A stretch of 61,815 nt of DNA, filler included, from Streblomastix strix (Eukaryota): the NCBI GenBank assembly GCA_008636045.1. It is 4 parts of 4 records of this genome, joined end to end, with 100 filler letters (N's around TTAATTAATTAA, not from the genome) between each part and the next. Parts side by side here need not be neighbours in the genome. Positions count along the whole stretch, not along the records: positions 1 to 15,401 come from SNRW01000994.1; positions 15,502 to 30,887 come from SNRW01000995.1; 2 more parts are not named here. One strand, written 5' to 3'. This document shows, in pieces, positions 13,297 through 26,323 of this stretch (its first letter is position 1; every line of letters starts with the position of its first letter). Made by a program: the position numbers and the translations under genes. Under the pieces are notes generated by a model, which ran no database searches, was not told the DNA's origin, and saw nothing but the letters and a program-made list of their open reading frames with translations.

Positions 13297-14758
13297 TCAT
13301 TAAAATTATATCTCGTGCAGTAAATTATTATACATGTCGCCAAATTATGTAGATATCTTACGGCCAAACTTACCATATAATGTAAATACTACTGATTTAT
13401 TCTAACGAATAAAACACTCTTAAGACATCATGTTCTAACCCCATAAAGTAGGAGCATCAACCAAGTTTTATTTGAAGCATACATTATTAAACCCATTACC
13501 TCCGACTATCTCCATCGTTATACCCTTTAATTAATTATCAACGCAAATAATTAAAATCTATGGATATTCTATAAAATTACCTATAAATGGATCAAATTTC
13601 GGTATATCAGGAATCAAACTATTGGCTTAAAATTTGGTCCTATAAAACCATGTTTCCAAATCAATTTGTTTAATTGATGATGCGAAATTAACCAATTAAT
13701 TTGCTTTATTTTCATTTATTCCATCATATAAATACAAAGCCCCAACAAGTTAAGCATAAAAATTTGGTGATAATAATATTATTTTAGCGAACCAATTAAT
13801 ATGCTCAACTGCTGACCATTCGCTAACAACTTCCGCGATGAATTACCCATAGAAACCAGTCCTTCCAACCGCTGCATAAACATCCGTCCATTCTTAGGAA
13901 GTAAAAGCAGGTAGTGAGCATATTATTCGCATGGGAAAGGTATTTATATTATTGATTATTTATTACATGGTCTATTATTAAATACCAATTGGTTAATCGT
14001 CTAATGTTGCAATTGCCCCCGCTGAACTAATATTTATCCTCTTGCCGAATAAATAACGTACCGATAATCCGTTCGGTGCTAGAGGTTCAACCGAAGTTAT
14101 AAAATTATTTGTAGTTGGACAATATATGCCGATTAAACCAATAGCTCTATAAGCGACGCCAGTACTGTAATCCATTATCCAATAATGATAAAGAAACGCA
14201 TCAATTCTTAAATTTATATAATTCACTGCAGAACTTACAATATCCCCGCCCCAGTTTGTATTTAATGAAAAATGGTTATTTACTAATTTTTATGTATGTT
14301 CATTCTAGGGGTTATTGAAGCAAATAGTCCCTCGATTTGTTGTTGTTTATTATTTGAAATATTTTTCTTATCCGTCAATAAAATTATTAAAGCTGGGAAT
14401 TTAAAGAGCAAGCAATTACGGCACATATTTATATCCTTAATTATCTTGGTCATCAACATATTAGTTATTTATAGCCGAATTTAAATTCAATTTGATAGGT
14501 GGAAGCTCTGTTAAAGCTTATAATGAAAAGGTATTATTTCCGTTTTCTTGTTAATAGTATATTTTTTCTATTCGGCGTTGAAATTATATTATGTTAAATA
14601 TCTATGCAATCACTGTTCAAAAAATAGGTTAAATTTATCGGTATATTATTTATGCTATTCACTTAAAAGGAATTATAGCCCGAGGGTATTGTTGTCTTCC
14701 ATGATACGAAGTACTCATCTGAATCAGAGCTAATGATTTATAAGCCAATGTTTGACAT
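13297..14758 (-). pseudogene. Probable minor capsid (penton, single jelly-roll) protein
   Basis: N-terminus MSNIGLQIISSDSDEYFVSWKTTIPSGYNSFQVNSINNIP and C-terminus VVFTLYGKFGRKI...MYNNLLHEIQF resemble penton termini. About 480 codons with about three frameshifts. Confidence 0.45.
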
Positions 14759-14781
14759 TTATTTAAAGTAAAAATAAAGAA

Positions 14782-15009
14782 TCATTTGCTTCTTTCGTTC
14801 AATAATTCCATTAATTTTATTATTGCATTTTAACTATTTTCTTAGGCTATCGATATAATTTCTTTTAGCTCTTCCATCCTCAGGCGCTTATTAAATTATC
14901 TCAATAAAAATCTAAGTTCAATTTCTGGGTCTGATTTTGTGGCTAAAGAAACTAGAGAACTTAGGAATGAATTATAAACCATGAACTCCTCACATGACAT
15001 TTTAATCAT
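14782..15009 (-). CDS. Small viral hypothetical protein (75 aa)
   Basis: TATATAAATG start; MIKMSCEEFMVYNSFLSSLVSLATKSDPEIELRFLLRQF...ERSK then TGA. Confidence 0.55.
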
Positions 15010-15168
15010 TTATATAAAATAAAAATAATTTTTAATTTATGATTTATGGCTAAAATTTGAGTCGTGAGAAGAATCAGACTAGATATAAAAATTATAATAT
15101 TGATGGCTTCCATTTGTTTCAAATTAAAAAATTATATTATCATTAAATTATTTTTAAAATCAAATAAA

Positions 15169-15401
15169 ATGCCGCCAAAAAAAGAATCGGATGGAAAACC
15201 CATTTATAAAGGAACTGTATTAAATCCTGAACATTATATAAAGGAGATGTAAATAATTCATGATAAGAAATATGGCTAGACTGTAAAAGCACCAATGGCT
15301 AAACGTACTAAAAGCCGTATTAAAAGAATCATACAGTAAGCATATTCTGATATAAATTCGCAGGAAGTAAGCGTAGGTATATAATTATATAAGGGAAGCA
15401 A
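15169..15401 (+). CDS. Basic viral hypothetical protein, 3' truncated by contig end
   Basis: MPPKKESDGKPIYKGTVLNPEHYIKEMQIIHDKKYGQTVKAPMAKRTKSRIKR..., open to the contig end. Confidence 0.5.
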
Positions 15402-15501
15402 NNNNNNNNNNNNNNNNNNNNNNNNNNNNNNNNNNNNNNNNNNNNTTAATTAATTAANNNNNNNNNNNNNNNNNNNNNNNNNNNNNNNNNNNNNNNNNNN
15501 N
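15402..15501. other. Artificial contig linker
   Basis: 44 N + TTAATTAATTAA + 44 N. Confidence 0.98.
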
Positions 15502-15502
15502 T

Positions 15503-18500
15503 ATTCGCGAAGGTGGAAAGATAACAATTTCGGAATCAACTGTTTTCCAAAATTGCTAAAGCATTTCAGGAAACGGGGGTGGAATATATATTGATATTGA
15601 TTTAATTATTGGAAGTTACATCAAAATTATTGATTCGTTATTTTAATCTTGTTTATCAAGTAAATAAGTGAATGATGGAATAAGAAGAGGATATGGATCT
15701 GGAATATTCATGAAAGTTAATAATTGGATGAATGATTAAAGCGGAATTGATTTGAGAGGAGCGGAATATATAAATTGTGAATCAGATTAAGGAGATGAAG
15801 GATTATTTATTGTGATGAATGAACTTCGAGAATTATGTTAATTTGGAAATCCTAAAGGATAATATGTTCGAAGTGTAGAATATTAAGATTTAATCTCTAA
15901 TAAATTACTTCTTATGGGATTTCTTGGATAAATATCAATATTTGAATCAATTTCATCATCAGATGATGATCTTTAAGATCGAATAAGTGCACTTGAAGCT
16001 CACTGGAGAGATTTGAACAACGAAAGATATATTTCTAATATAAATAACAAAAATAACAACATTGCATGCGGATTTATAGATTATCCGTGTAAAACAATAA
16101 CATATTTAATAAATTTAGATACAACTATATATATTGGCCAATAAATTCCAAATGGAGATGTTGTAACTATGATTCTATTAGAAAATGATTTATTAGAAAC
16201 AGAAATCAATGTGAATGCAGGAACAATTCTTGGTTAGGATGTTGCGATCAAATCATTAGGAGGAGGAAAAGGATTAAGTGCGCCATAAAATCTTTATAAG
16301 ATTTCAAGTGAAGGATAATTAAATACATTATTCAGCGTTAGTGGAATTGGAACCAAACTCGGATTATATCATTTCAAAATGGATAATCTTTCAATATCAT
16401 CAACTTCACCACTAATATTAATAACAGGAAATTCAGGAAATTCTAATGGTGCATAACTTGAAATCGAAGGATGCATTTTTGAACAAAGTGGAATTGGAAC
16501 ACTTCCTTCACTTAGTCATTCGCTGATTTCTATATAAGGAGGAAAAACAACAATGAAAAAAGTGACAATATCATAATATTCATTCAGTAATGGAAATAAT
16601 GTTATTAATATAGATAGTATACAAAGTACTAAAGAATGCATATTCATAATGAGTGGAACATCAATATCGAAAATAAATCAATAAGGAAATGGCGGAGGAA
16701 GTTGCATTAAATGCACGATTAGTTTAGGAAGTTCGATCCAAATTGAAGACCAATGTTTGTTTTAAGAATGCATAAGTGAACTTGGAAATGGTAGCGCTTT
16801 AAATATTTAGCTTAAAGGAGGAATTTTAAATATTATTGAAACTACTATGAAAAATTGCATAGCTTCAAATGGAGGCGCTATTTATATTTCAATTTCCTCT
16901 TTAGAATAATTTCTAATTGATAATGAAGTTTATTTTGAAGAATGCGAAGCTGTTGGCTAAGGAAATGAATATGGCCGAGGAGGAGGAATGTATATTAATA
17001 TTGAAGAAAATGCTCCTTATAAATTCAAAATTGGAAAAGAAACGCATTTTATCAAGAATGAAGCAAGCAAAGTTGGAAGAGATATATTTGTTTATTGTGA
17101 AAATATTTTTGATTTGAATCCAGGCATTCGATTTTTATTTGATATTTCTGAAGAAACATATAATTAAGAAAATGCTTTATATGGAACTGAATATGAAATG
17201 AATCTTGGAAGAGAATAATTAGTTGACTACGATTTGCTTTAACTGATGATTCAATATATAAATGACACGATTTATATTTCAGAAGATAATGAAATTGCTT
17301 CAGATTAAAAAAGTTGCGGAAGAGTTAATTTGCCATGTTTAACACTATCTTATGGAAGATAGCAAATATTAACACCAGAATGGAATGCACAAACTGTATT
17401 ATTAGGAAAGGATGAAAGTTTATCAGTCAATCATACATTTGTTATCTTCAAAGAAGTTGAAATTAATGAATAATTTGAAACGGAAGCAGATAATGTCATA
17501 ATTCGCGGAGCTATAACTGAAGAATATTAATAAGCAATTTAATATGCAAATTTGAAATTTGATATTTAAGGTCAAATTGTTTGTTCTGATTTAGCTTAAT
17601 GGTAACAACAAGGTTAAACAGATCTCAAAGGAATTGATTAGAAATTATTAATTAAATTTATAAACTTTGTTCTTCCTACACAATTAGACCTGAAAAGTAT
17701 ATTGAAAATCATTGGGAGTTCTTCAAATAAAAACTTAGGAAGAAATGTTGAGTTATAGATTGAAGATTGCAAAGTGAGTTAAGAAACTCCTTAATAAGAT
17801 ATTAATTGGGGATTTTTGAAGGCTGAACCATTTTTAACCGAATAAATCCATATATCTCTTGTAAATGTAATTGCTGAAGATATTTAGCTGAAAGATTCAA
17901 CGTTAATTGATTTGAAATTCAAACCAGAGATTATTTCACTTGATAATTTGCTTAATATTTAATAATGTTCATTCAACAGTATTTAAAGTTCAATTTCATC
18001 ATTTGCACTTGGATAAGAAGAAGAAAAATATAATTTGAATGGAAATCATATTAGCACAGCTTCTATTTTGAATATTTGTGGTTCAAATGCAATATTACTT
18101 CCAATTCATATTTCAGAATCAGTATTTAAGAGTTGCATATGTAGTATAAATATTCCCATATCAGAAGAAATACAAATTAGTGTAGGCGGTGCAGTATCAT
18201 TCATTGGACGAAACTTGCATATCAGCCTCGAATATGTACGATTTTTAGATTGTGTTACAAAAATTACTATTGTAAGTTCAGCATAAATTTCTTCCTTAGC
18301 AAATAATGATATTATTTAATAAAAGTAACAGTAATTTGAATAATATCCTTCTCTACACAATATTTCTTCATATCCTTAAAATTTAGGCAAAAAATCTTCA
18401 ATATTCAAATCTTCATTAAATTCGAATCGAAAAAATAATTATTAAATCTAAGCTTGTGGTGGAATATTTATAGGAATATTAGAAAGCAGTAGTGAATGGA

Positions 18501-21500
18501 GATTCATTGTATAAGAATATCTGACAAAATTAATACAAGAATAAGAAGAAGAAATTGAAAATATTTCTCGAAAAGTCAACACTTTATCTTATCCTTCAAT
18601 TAATTTTGACATTTGTGTGATGAAAGGATGTAAAACAATAAAATCTGGTATAAGCACTTCACAGGCAATACTTGAATCTGGCGGAATTATTTTACATAGC
18701 GAAAAATCGTGTACAAGATGCAACTTCCACTCTAGTATCTTCAAAGATTGCTAAACCTCATCATCATCTTCTTTATCTTCAACAAATTTAGCTCCAAATG
18801 ATCCGAATCTGGCTGATTAACCTGCTTTTTAACCACTTTGGCTGCGTGAGAAAGAAATTGGATAAGATGGAAGTGGATTGATAATTTCTTATGGAAGAAC
18901 AGTTCCAACAATCAGAGCTGATGGAACACAATTTATTGATTGCGATTCTAAAATAATGGATATGTATTCATCTTTCAATTCTGGGAGCAAAATAAATGCT
19001 AAGGAAATATAATATTAAAATAGATAAATTAAAGAAAAACAGTAAACCAACAAAATAAACTAATAAATAACAGGAAATATTATTAAATTCAATTTTTCAT
19101 TAATCTCAAATCCTCCTCCAGGGAGAGACATTTCACATCTTTTCTCCCATATTAATTCAGACAATGCTAATACTCGCTCCTAAATAAGATTGAAATCTGG
19201 ACGATTTTCATCATAAAATATTTAACTTCATAGTGTGAATATATTTTATTTTTATTTGTATAAATTCATTTTTTCAATAATTTATTTATTATAAATATAG
19301 AAACTAAACTTATATTAACTGGAAAAGGAGAAAATTAAACTTCAATTGCCTAATAAGATTAAATTCATAATCTTTTCATACTTGAAAACAGCATATTAAA
19401 TACCTCTTAAATGAGTGCAGTTATTTATGGTGCAAATTCAGCATTGATTAGATCTGAAGGGAAAGACATGAGCATCATTAATGGATTAAGAGTGAATGGA
19501 AATAGATTTGAAGGTGAATATGCATGTTCTCCAGTGTTTGAAGTTGTAAGAGGAGAATTGAGTTTGATTGATGTAATAATTAAAAATATGCTACTATTCG
19601 GAAATATTATCGATAATCATTATGAAAATAAAGAGAAAATAAATCTAAAAGGTTTAATTGAAATGAAAGAAAATGCATAATTACTGATATTTGAATAATT
19701 CTAGATAACAAACATATCTCTCTTAAACATAAATAAAGGATAAATGGTGAGTTCAATAGTAATGAATACAGGTAAAAATGCTCGGCTGATCATTAGAGAT
19801 GGAACTTTCCTGCAATAAGAATGCACTTCATTTGGGACTGCAATTCACATAACTGCAACAGAAGAGAGCAATGTTAATGTAGAAGGAGTTCTTTTCAAAG
19901 GATAAGGAGCAGGAGTTGGAACAAATGGTGGAGCAGTATACATCGATATGAGACAATATGATGTATAGCTCTCGTTTAAGAGATGCATATTCATTGGAAA
20001 CAAAGCTGATTATGGAGTCAATGTCTTCATTCGATATTCAAGATCACCTTAGAGGATAGATAGAAACTCATTTAGTGGATGTACAGCAATTGTTAGGAAT
20101 ATACTCGAACAAGATTTAAGTTTTTGTTATTCAGTTGGAGATAATGATGATGAAATATTTATTGATGAGCGAGATTTGTTACACTCTTCATGGTAACGAT
20201 AGAAAAGCGAAGGAGTTGTTCGTTTCATCGCAAATTCTGATGCAGATCATCATTTCGATCCAAAAGTGAAATGTGGAGATCCTTTAAACCCTTGTGACAC
20301 ATTCTCAACTTTGACTAATTATTTACTGTCTGAATAATAAAGTGCGGATGGATCTACAGGCAGAGTTGAAACATTAATATTCTGTTAGGGCTAATTCATT
20401 TCAACATTTATCCATCTTTAAGCTGCACGAGCATAAACTGTGAATTTTGTGGGATTTGGTCAGCACGAAACTGAGATAGTTGCACACCCTAATATTCTGA
20501 ATGTTATTATTGAAGGAGGAGTTGGATAGAGTGTTGTAATTGAAAGACTTTGCATATCAATGTCTCCTGCCTCTCCTTTAGTTGGCTTTGTCAGAACACA
20601 CGGCGCAGAAGCAGGACTTGTGTTGTAGGACATCAGAGTTCAAGGATATAATGAAATGAGTCCAGAAAGCACAGTATTGGAGCCTGCGTATTTATTTAGC
20701 ATTGAAGGATTTGCGATGATGAAGGATGTTATCGTAGAGCATATCTATCTGCGGAAGGGGACGATTTTGCATGTTGAAGGGTTGAGAAGAACTTATGGGG
20801 ATAGTAGAATGGAATGGCTTGGGAAGACATCTATTGGATTATATAGTTGCATATTTGATGATATCACATCGAATGAAACTGCTCTTATTACTTTAAATGA
20901 GAAGAATTTGCAGAAAAACTTTGAGAATGTTGAAATGAAAGAATTATAAAGCAGCAAATAAGCAAATAGTGCAAAAACTACTAAATTCATTATAGAAGAC
21001 ACTGTATTCTCAAATTGTGCAACATCACTAAATTTAGTACATTTAGACAGCAATGATTCAAAAGGTGGACTTATACACATCAACTCATAGAAAGTGCGAA
21101 TATAAATATCAAAATGCAAATTCGAAAATATTCTAATTAAAGCACGAAATATGATATATTTAGGTTGGTCTGGAAATGATCTAAGCTTAAATAAGAATAA
21201 TATACTTACAATCACTGAATCAATATATTCAAACTGCTCTTCAGCAATTCCTGGCATGAAAGCTAAAATAGATGTAGAAAATGAACATCAAGATCAGCTA
21301 TCATAATTTATTTCTCTTGCGAATGCTAATACTATATCTTAGACAAATGAGCTTTATGCAAATGGATCATTAACTTATGATAGTATTCACAATCATGGAT
21401 TGATTTTTGTTAATAACATTAGTAAAAGTACTACCATTCAAAACCTTGCAACTGTTGATATATCAGGAATATTTGTTGCAGGATGTCATAGTGCTGTAGG

Positions 21501-24411
21501 TTCTGCTCTTACAATTACTAAATTAATATTAGATATATCAGAGTCTGTATTTATGGAACCGATGTGCTATGGAAATATAATATACTTAAATAAAACCTAA
21601 TCTTTTATAAGTAATTGCTATTTTAAAGGATACAATAATTCATATTCTGATTTATTTGAAGGAACAATAACAGAATAAACAGATAAAAACTCTTGGGGTC
21701 TGTGTCCTAATGAACCACTATACTATTCGTCAACTTCATATGCATTGATATTCATTAGTAATGGAATATTTATTGGAGAAAGTAATACATTTGAAGATAC
21801 ACGAATTGGAGCCATTAAATTAGATTATGCTTATGTAGAGCTAATTAGCAGCACTTTCAATGATCCTTGGGAAGAAAGAAGTTAATTGGATGGCGCAAAA
21901 GTTATGATCACTTGTAGTGGAAATTCAAATTTAAAGATTACGTAACCTATTGTAAACTAAATGACAGAAGAATAATGCAAGATGATTAATTAGTAATATT
22001 AATACCAACTTTCCAAGTATTCTAATGAAAATGAATGCAAAATAGGTATAGCATTTGATGATATTTGCTAATATGATCTTTCTGATGCCTGGAAAATTCC
22101 AGATATGCCAATACCTCTCGTTCTAAGTGCTAAAGTCATTGTAAATGTAAATTCAAAAGAAGAACCTTTACAATTTTATATTGAAGGAGAAAAGTTAGTG
22201 CTTGCCCTATTTATGGTCAAGATAATAGAAGAGAAAGACAAAACAAATGAAGAGATCAAAATTGAATAAGATGAAAATAAAATATTAGGAGATAAATATT
22301 ATTAATCAAAAAGTGACAGAAGATAATAAAAAATCAACATAATGAAAACAAAAAACGAGAAAAAAATAGACCTTATTTAGAACTATAATTACAGAAAGAT
22401 TCATCATTAGAATGATGAAGAAGAGCTTCCTAGAGACGATCGTGGATATATAATATGGCCTTTAGACAATGCAACCGAACTGCCAATATATACCCATGGG
22501 CAAGTACGTAATAATTAGAAAGCCATGTTTTCAATGAAAGATTACAGCTGGATTGACTCAAGAAGGAAATGGTATGGAGTCCTTGTTTCAAACGATGAAA
22601 CACACTATTTTGGAGCTAATGGAATTGAAGGAGAATCTATCAGACTAAAAATTGAAGTTGTAGATGGAGAACAGTTTATTAATTATATAATGTTCAGACT
22701 TGCTGATTGGAAAGCGTTCTTAATTCCACCGATAGTTGTTTTCTTCATTACAATTATAGTATCTGGAATTGTCTACAAAATTTGGAAAATGCAATATGAA
22801 AAAAAGAAATTGATAGAACATTTAATTTGGGTTGAAAACCGTAGAAATGCTCAATAAGTTTAATTAGAAAATGCAGATCAAGATATGGCTGAATAATATG
22901 AATAGAATTAAGTATAAGTTTTGGTCCCTTATGAGGAGGATTAAATTATGACGCCGACTAAATCTGATATTAATATCACTGATACATAAATACCCATTCA
23001 TTTTTCTAGATTTAAAAATTCATCATCATCATCTTCTTCTGCTTATAATACGTAATAATCGCAAAGATAAAGTTTAACATAACCATTATCCAATGGAATT
23101 GATTAAAATCATACGTAATATTCACAATAATACTAAATTATGGAAGAAAAAGATTTATTTGCGAATATGGTACAAAAATAATCAATACAATCTCCACCTC
23201 TAAATATATAAACCAGATTATTGTCTGCACATCGCTATTCTGAATAAAATTCTCAAAAATTATCATTAACACCATAAAGCAACAATGTTCAATAGTCTAA
23301 TATGATAAATCACAAATCAGCAGATTAATAATAAGCCGAGTTATATTCAGATTTATCTTAGATTCCTTTAGTAACGCCATCATCTCCATCATACTTATAA
23401 TCATATTAATCTCAACCATTATATTAACCTGCTCCATTACGATAATAAACATACTTACTATCCCCATCAAATGCAGTCATGTCACCACCATTATAAAAAT
23501 CACTATTTGTGCCTTAGGTGCCTTTTTCTCCTACAGGATTATCTTCTTCATCATCATCTTCTTCTTCTTCTTCCCAATCAACAGTTAGAACTAATGTATC
23601 TGCGTCTTCTGTTCTCTCGCATTATAAAAAGATTCCATAGTCTTCATAAATATAACTAATATAGAATATTGATAATATTGAAAAGAAAGTAGTTGAACTA
23701 GAAAGTTAGAAAAAGTTCGAAGAATAACCTCGTTCATTTGTGAGTGAATACGAGCTTGCAGCAATTGCCAATAACTAAATTACAAATTCTGGCTCATATA
23801 TAAGCGTTAAAAGTAATAAAAGCGTTAAAAGTAACAAAAGCTTAATTGGCAGCCCAACTTTCTTATCGCATTCTAGCCCAAATTATACCACTGTTCAAAG
23901 TCCGCCTCTTAAGAAAGAAAATAAACCACTTCACCAAAATAGCAGGAAAATATCTTCAGTTGCTGAATACCTTTCCAATTTAAATGAAGCTCCGCCCATT
24001 GATTTTTCTCTGATGCCAATAAACTCACCCGAACTGCAGGGAGTTAATTGGGGGAATGCAATGGCACCATCAACACTTGGATTATCACAGCATGGTATTC
24101 TTGCTCCACCAATAGACATACTTAGACTGCAAGATAGATAGGATAGTCTGTTTAGTCCTGTTGGGTCATCATCATATTAGTAATAATAATTGCAACCAGT
24201 TATTAAGAATAAGACCCCTGATTAGATTTTGAAGATATAACATTTCTAAACATTAGAAGAAGAAGAATTATTTGAAAAAGAATAACTAACTACGAAACTA
24301 ATGAATGAGAGTTATGTGCTTAATAGAAAAGAAAACTTTGATATGTCATAGCTTATGTTATCTAAGATAGATGATCCACTTTCTCAGCTAGAAGAAGAAG
24401 ATCTTGAATGA
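15503..24411 (+). CDS. Giant (>2900 aa, 5'-partial) beta-helix repeat type I membrane protein
   Basis: Open under TAR=Gln with an intron at 19233-19300. Repeated C-x3-(G)NGG(A/G)(I/V)Y motifs and CG-x4-PC motifs; TM segment FLIPPIVVFFITIIVSGIVY (~22717-22776); long Q/S/P-rich tail; TGA at 24409. Confidence 0.85.
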
Positions 24412-24828
24412 TTTTAATATTGCAATAATTTTTAATTTTCACTCATTAAATTCTTTAATACTTTATTTGAGTCTTAATTTTTTTAAATATAGCCTTGTAA
24501 TTTTCATAATAATCTTTATTAACTTCACATAATAAATATACGAATAAATAAAAAACGATTATTTAAATTTTTTTGGCAATGGGGTCGTAGAAAATTCGAT
24601 TTTCAACACATTCACGTGATTTTCAAAATGTATGTGCATTATAAAATATATGAATAATATAAGCTGATATATTGATTTTGAAGTGATTTTGAGTGGGAAA
24701 ACTATTTTTTAACTAAAATTCCATTTACTCCTGAATAATTTAATTAATTACACTAATTATTAATTATTCTTGATAAACATGTTACTCTAAATACAATTAA
24801 TATAGACCGACTCAATTTAATAATATCT

Positions 24829-25913
24829 ATGTTTAATTCATTTCAATTAATTTTCCGAAGCATTTTTTCACCACTTATTGATTATTTCAATGTATATATT
24901 TTAGGTCTTTCAATATTTTTTTGGTTGCCTTCGGTCTTGTAGCACTACAGAATGCGATGGCTCCCCTTAAAAACGCTGATATTGAGCAGTTCAGAAAATA
25001 CATCTTTGACAGTGGAGTGTTGCAGCCTTAAGGGACATACTTTGATGTTATTGTTGAAGATCAGGGAAGATTCGGAAGTGTAAATGACGAATAATTCAGC
25101 GTGTTGCCTAATCCCTTGAACCTTGACCAACTTAAATGGAAAACAAGTGCAGTTTTTGACCAGTCTTCAAAAGGCGCAAAGCAGTATAGTACCGAGATGT
25201 TTTATGATTTTCAAGCATCTGTGCTTTACGCATACAAGAAATTGAATATAGCACCCTCATATTGGCATATGTATGAGTGCTAACCGAAAACAGAATAGTC
25301 AGGAGATGCATTATTCAACAGTGATGGAACAGTCAAAGAATGGTCTAAGATTACATTCTAATCCGGAGTATGTGATGAATCTTGCTACGGGAAATAAGCA
25401 TCCATAAATGGGAAATGCAGAACAACATGCAAGAAATCAACTTATGGTAATGACATATTGATTAAAGAAGGAAACTCTCTCGATGCAAATTAATTGAAAT
25501 AAAGACTTGTTAACTTTGGACCTGTTCTTACATCATCTCTAACTGAGGGAACAAGAGTTTACTATGGATGGAATGCAGATGGGTTTATGTATCTGACTCG
25601 TGATGCAGAAGGTGTATTGAAACAGGAGTAAGAAGAAACACTCGGATCTTTCACCAAATACATTTTAGCATATTAGTTCATTGACTGCTAAAAAGACCTG
25701 AAAGCAACAACAGCAAAAGAAGACTGTCCATGTCCTGAAACTTAAGACAAGGAATACAAAACAGATCCCAGAACTAAAGAAGGAGGAATTTGCGCAGTGA
25801 AACCACCAACACCCGTACCAGGACCAGTTGTTGTTGGTGCTTCTGGATCAATAAGAGCTTTTTGGGCTGTGATTGCAACTGCGCTTTTGCTTCCTCTTCT
25901 GACAACTTTTTGA
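24829..25913 (+). CDS. Secreted, probably GPI-anchored, papain-fold-like protein lacking the catalytic motif
   Basis: Predicted intron 24831-24904 splits the ATG and gives signal peptide MSFNIFLVAFGLVALQNA. LKQRLVNFGPV and VYYGWN recall cathepsin GPV/GW motifs. Cys-rich CPCP...DPR...C module and hydrophobic C-terminus. Confidence 0.65.
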
Positions 25914-26323
25914 AGCGTTGATATTGATATGATGATTCTAGATGAGGGTTGTTGAGGTTGATTATATCTGATAGAAACAAAATATTTTTATTTTTGTTTG
26001 CGATCTATTTGATAAGATGCATATTTTAACATTCGAAATTTATATTTTAATATATTCCATTAGTTTTATATTTTACTTAACACTTAAATCTTACAAATAC
26101 TTTTGTCTTCTTTAACTTTAGATCTTTTACTAAATTTCGGCATTTTTTACTTAAATTTCTTTTATTTTATAAATGTCATTGATCAAATACAAAATCCAAG
26201 GAATTAAAGACAATTCAGATAAATTATATTTATAATATTATATAAATCAAATTTTACGTGATTACATCATTTCTTTAAGCACAGGAAAAGAGTTAAAGTT
26301 TTTTTGCAAAGAGCATTGGGGAA

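Larger units (their letters stand above)
1..15401. mobile_element. Endogenous Polinton/Maverick-like dsDNA virus, degraded; both termini lie outside the contig
   Basis: Intronless, tightly packed genes including pPolB, A32-like ATPase, probable double-jelly-roll MCP, probable penton, HNH nuclease and fibre. No integrase, adenain protease or terminal inverted repeats are visible in the contig. Confidence 0.9.

Noticed and set aside
506..14758. Programmed frameshifting or TGA readthrough in viral genes
   Set aside because: Lesions are numerous, scattered and accompanied by missense changes in conserved motifs; decay or sequencing error is simpler.
15402..15501. Palindromic TTAATTAATTAA flanked by Ns (also 30888-30987 and 46353-46452)
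   Set aside because: Identical synthetic linker; contig lengths fall in order (15401, 15386, 15365, 15363), so adjacency across linkers is not biological.
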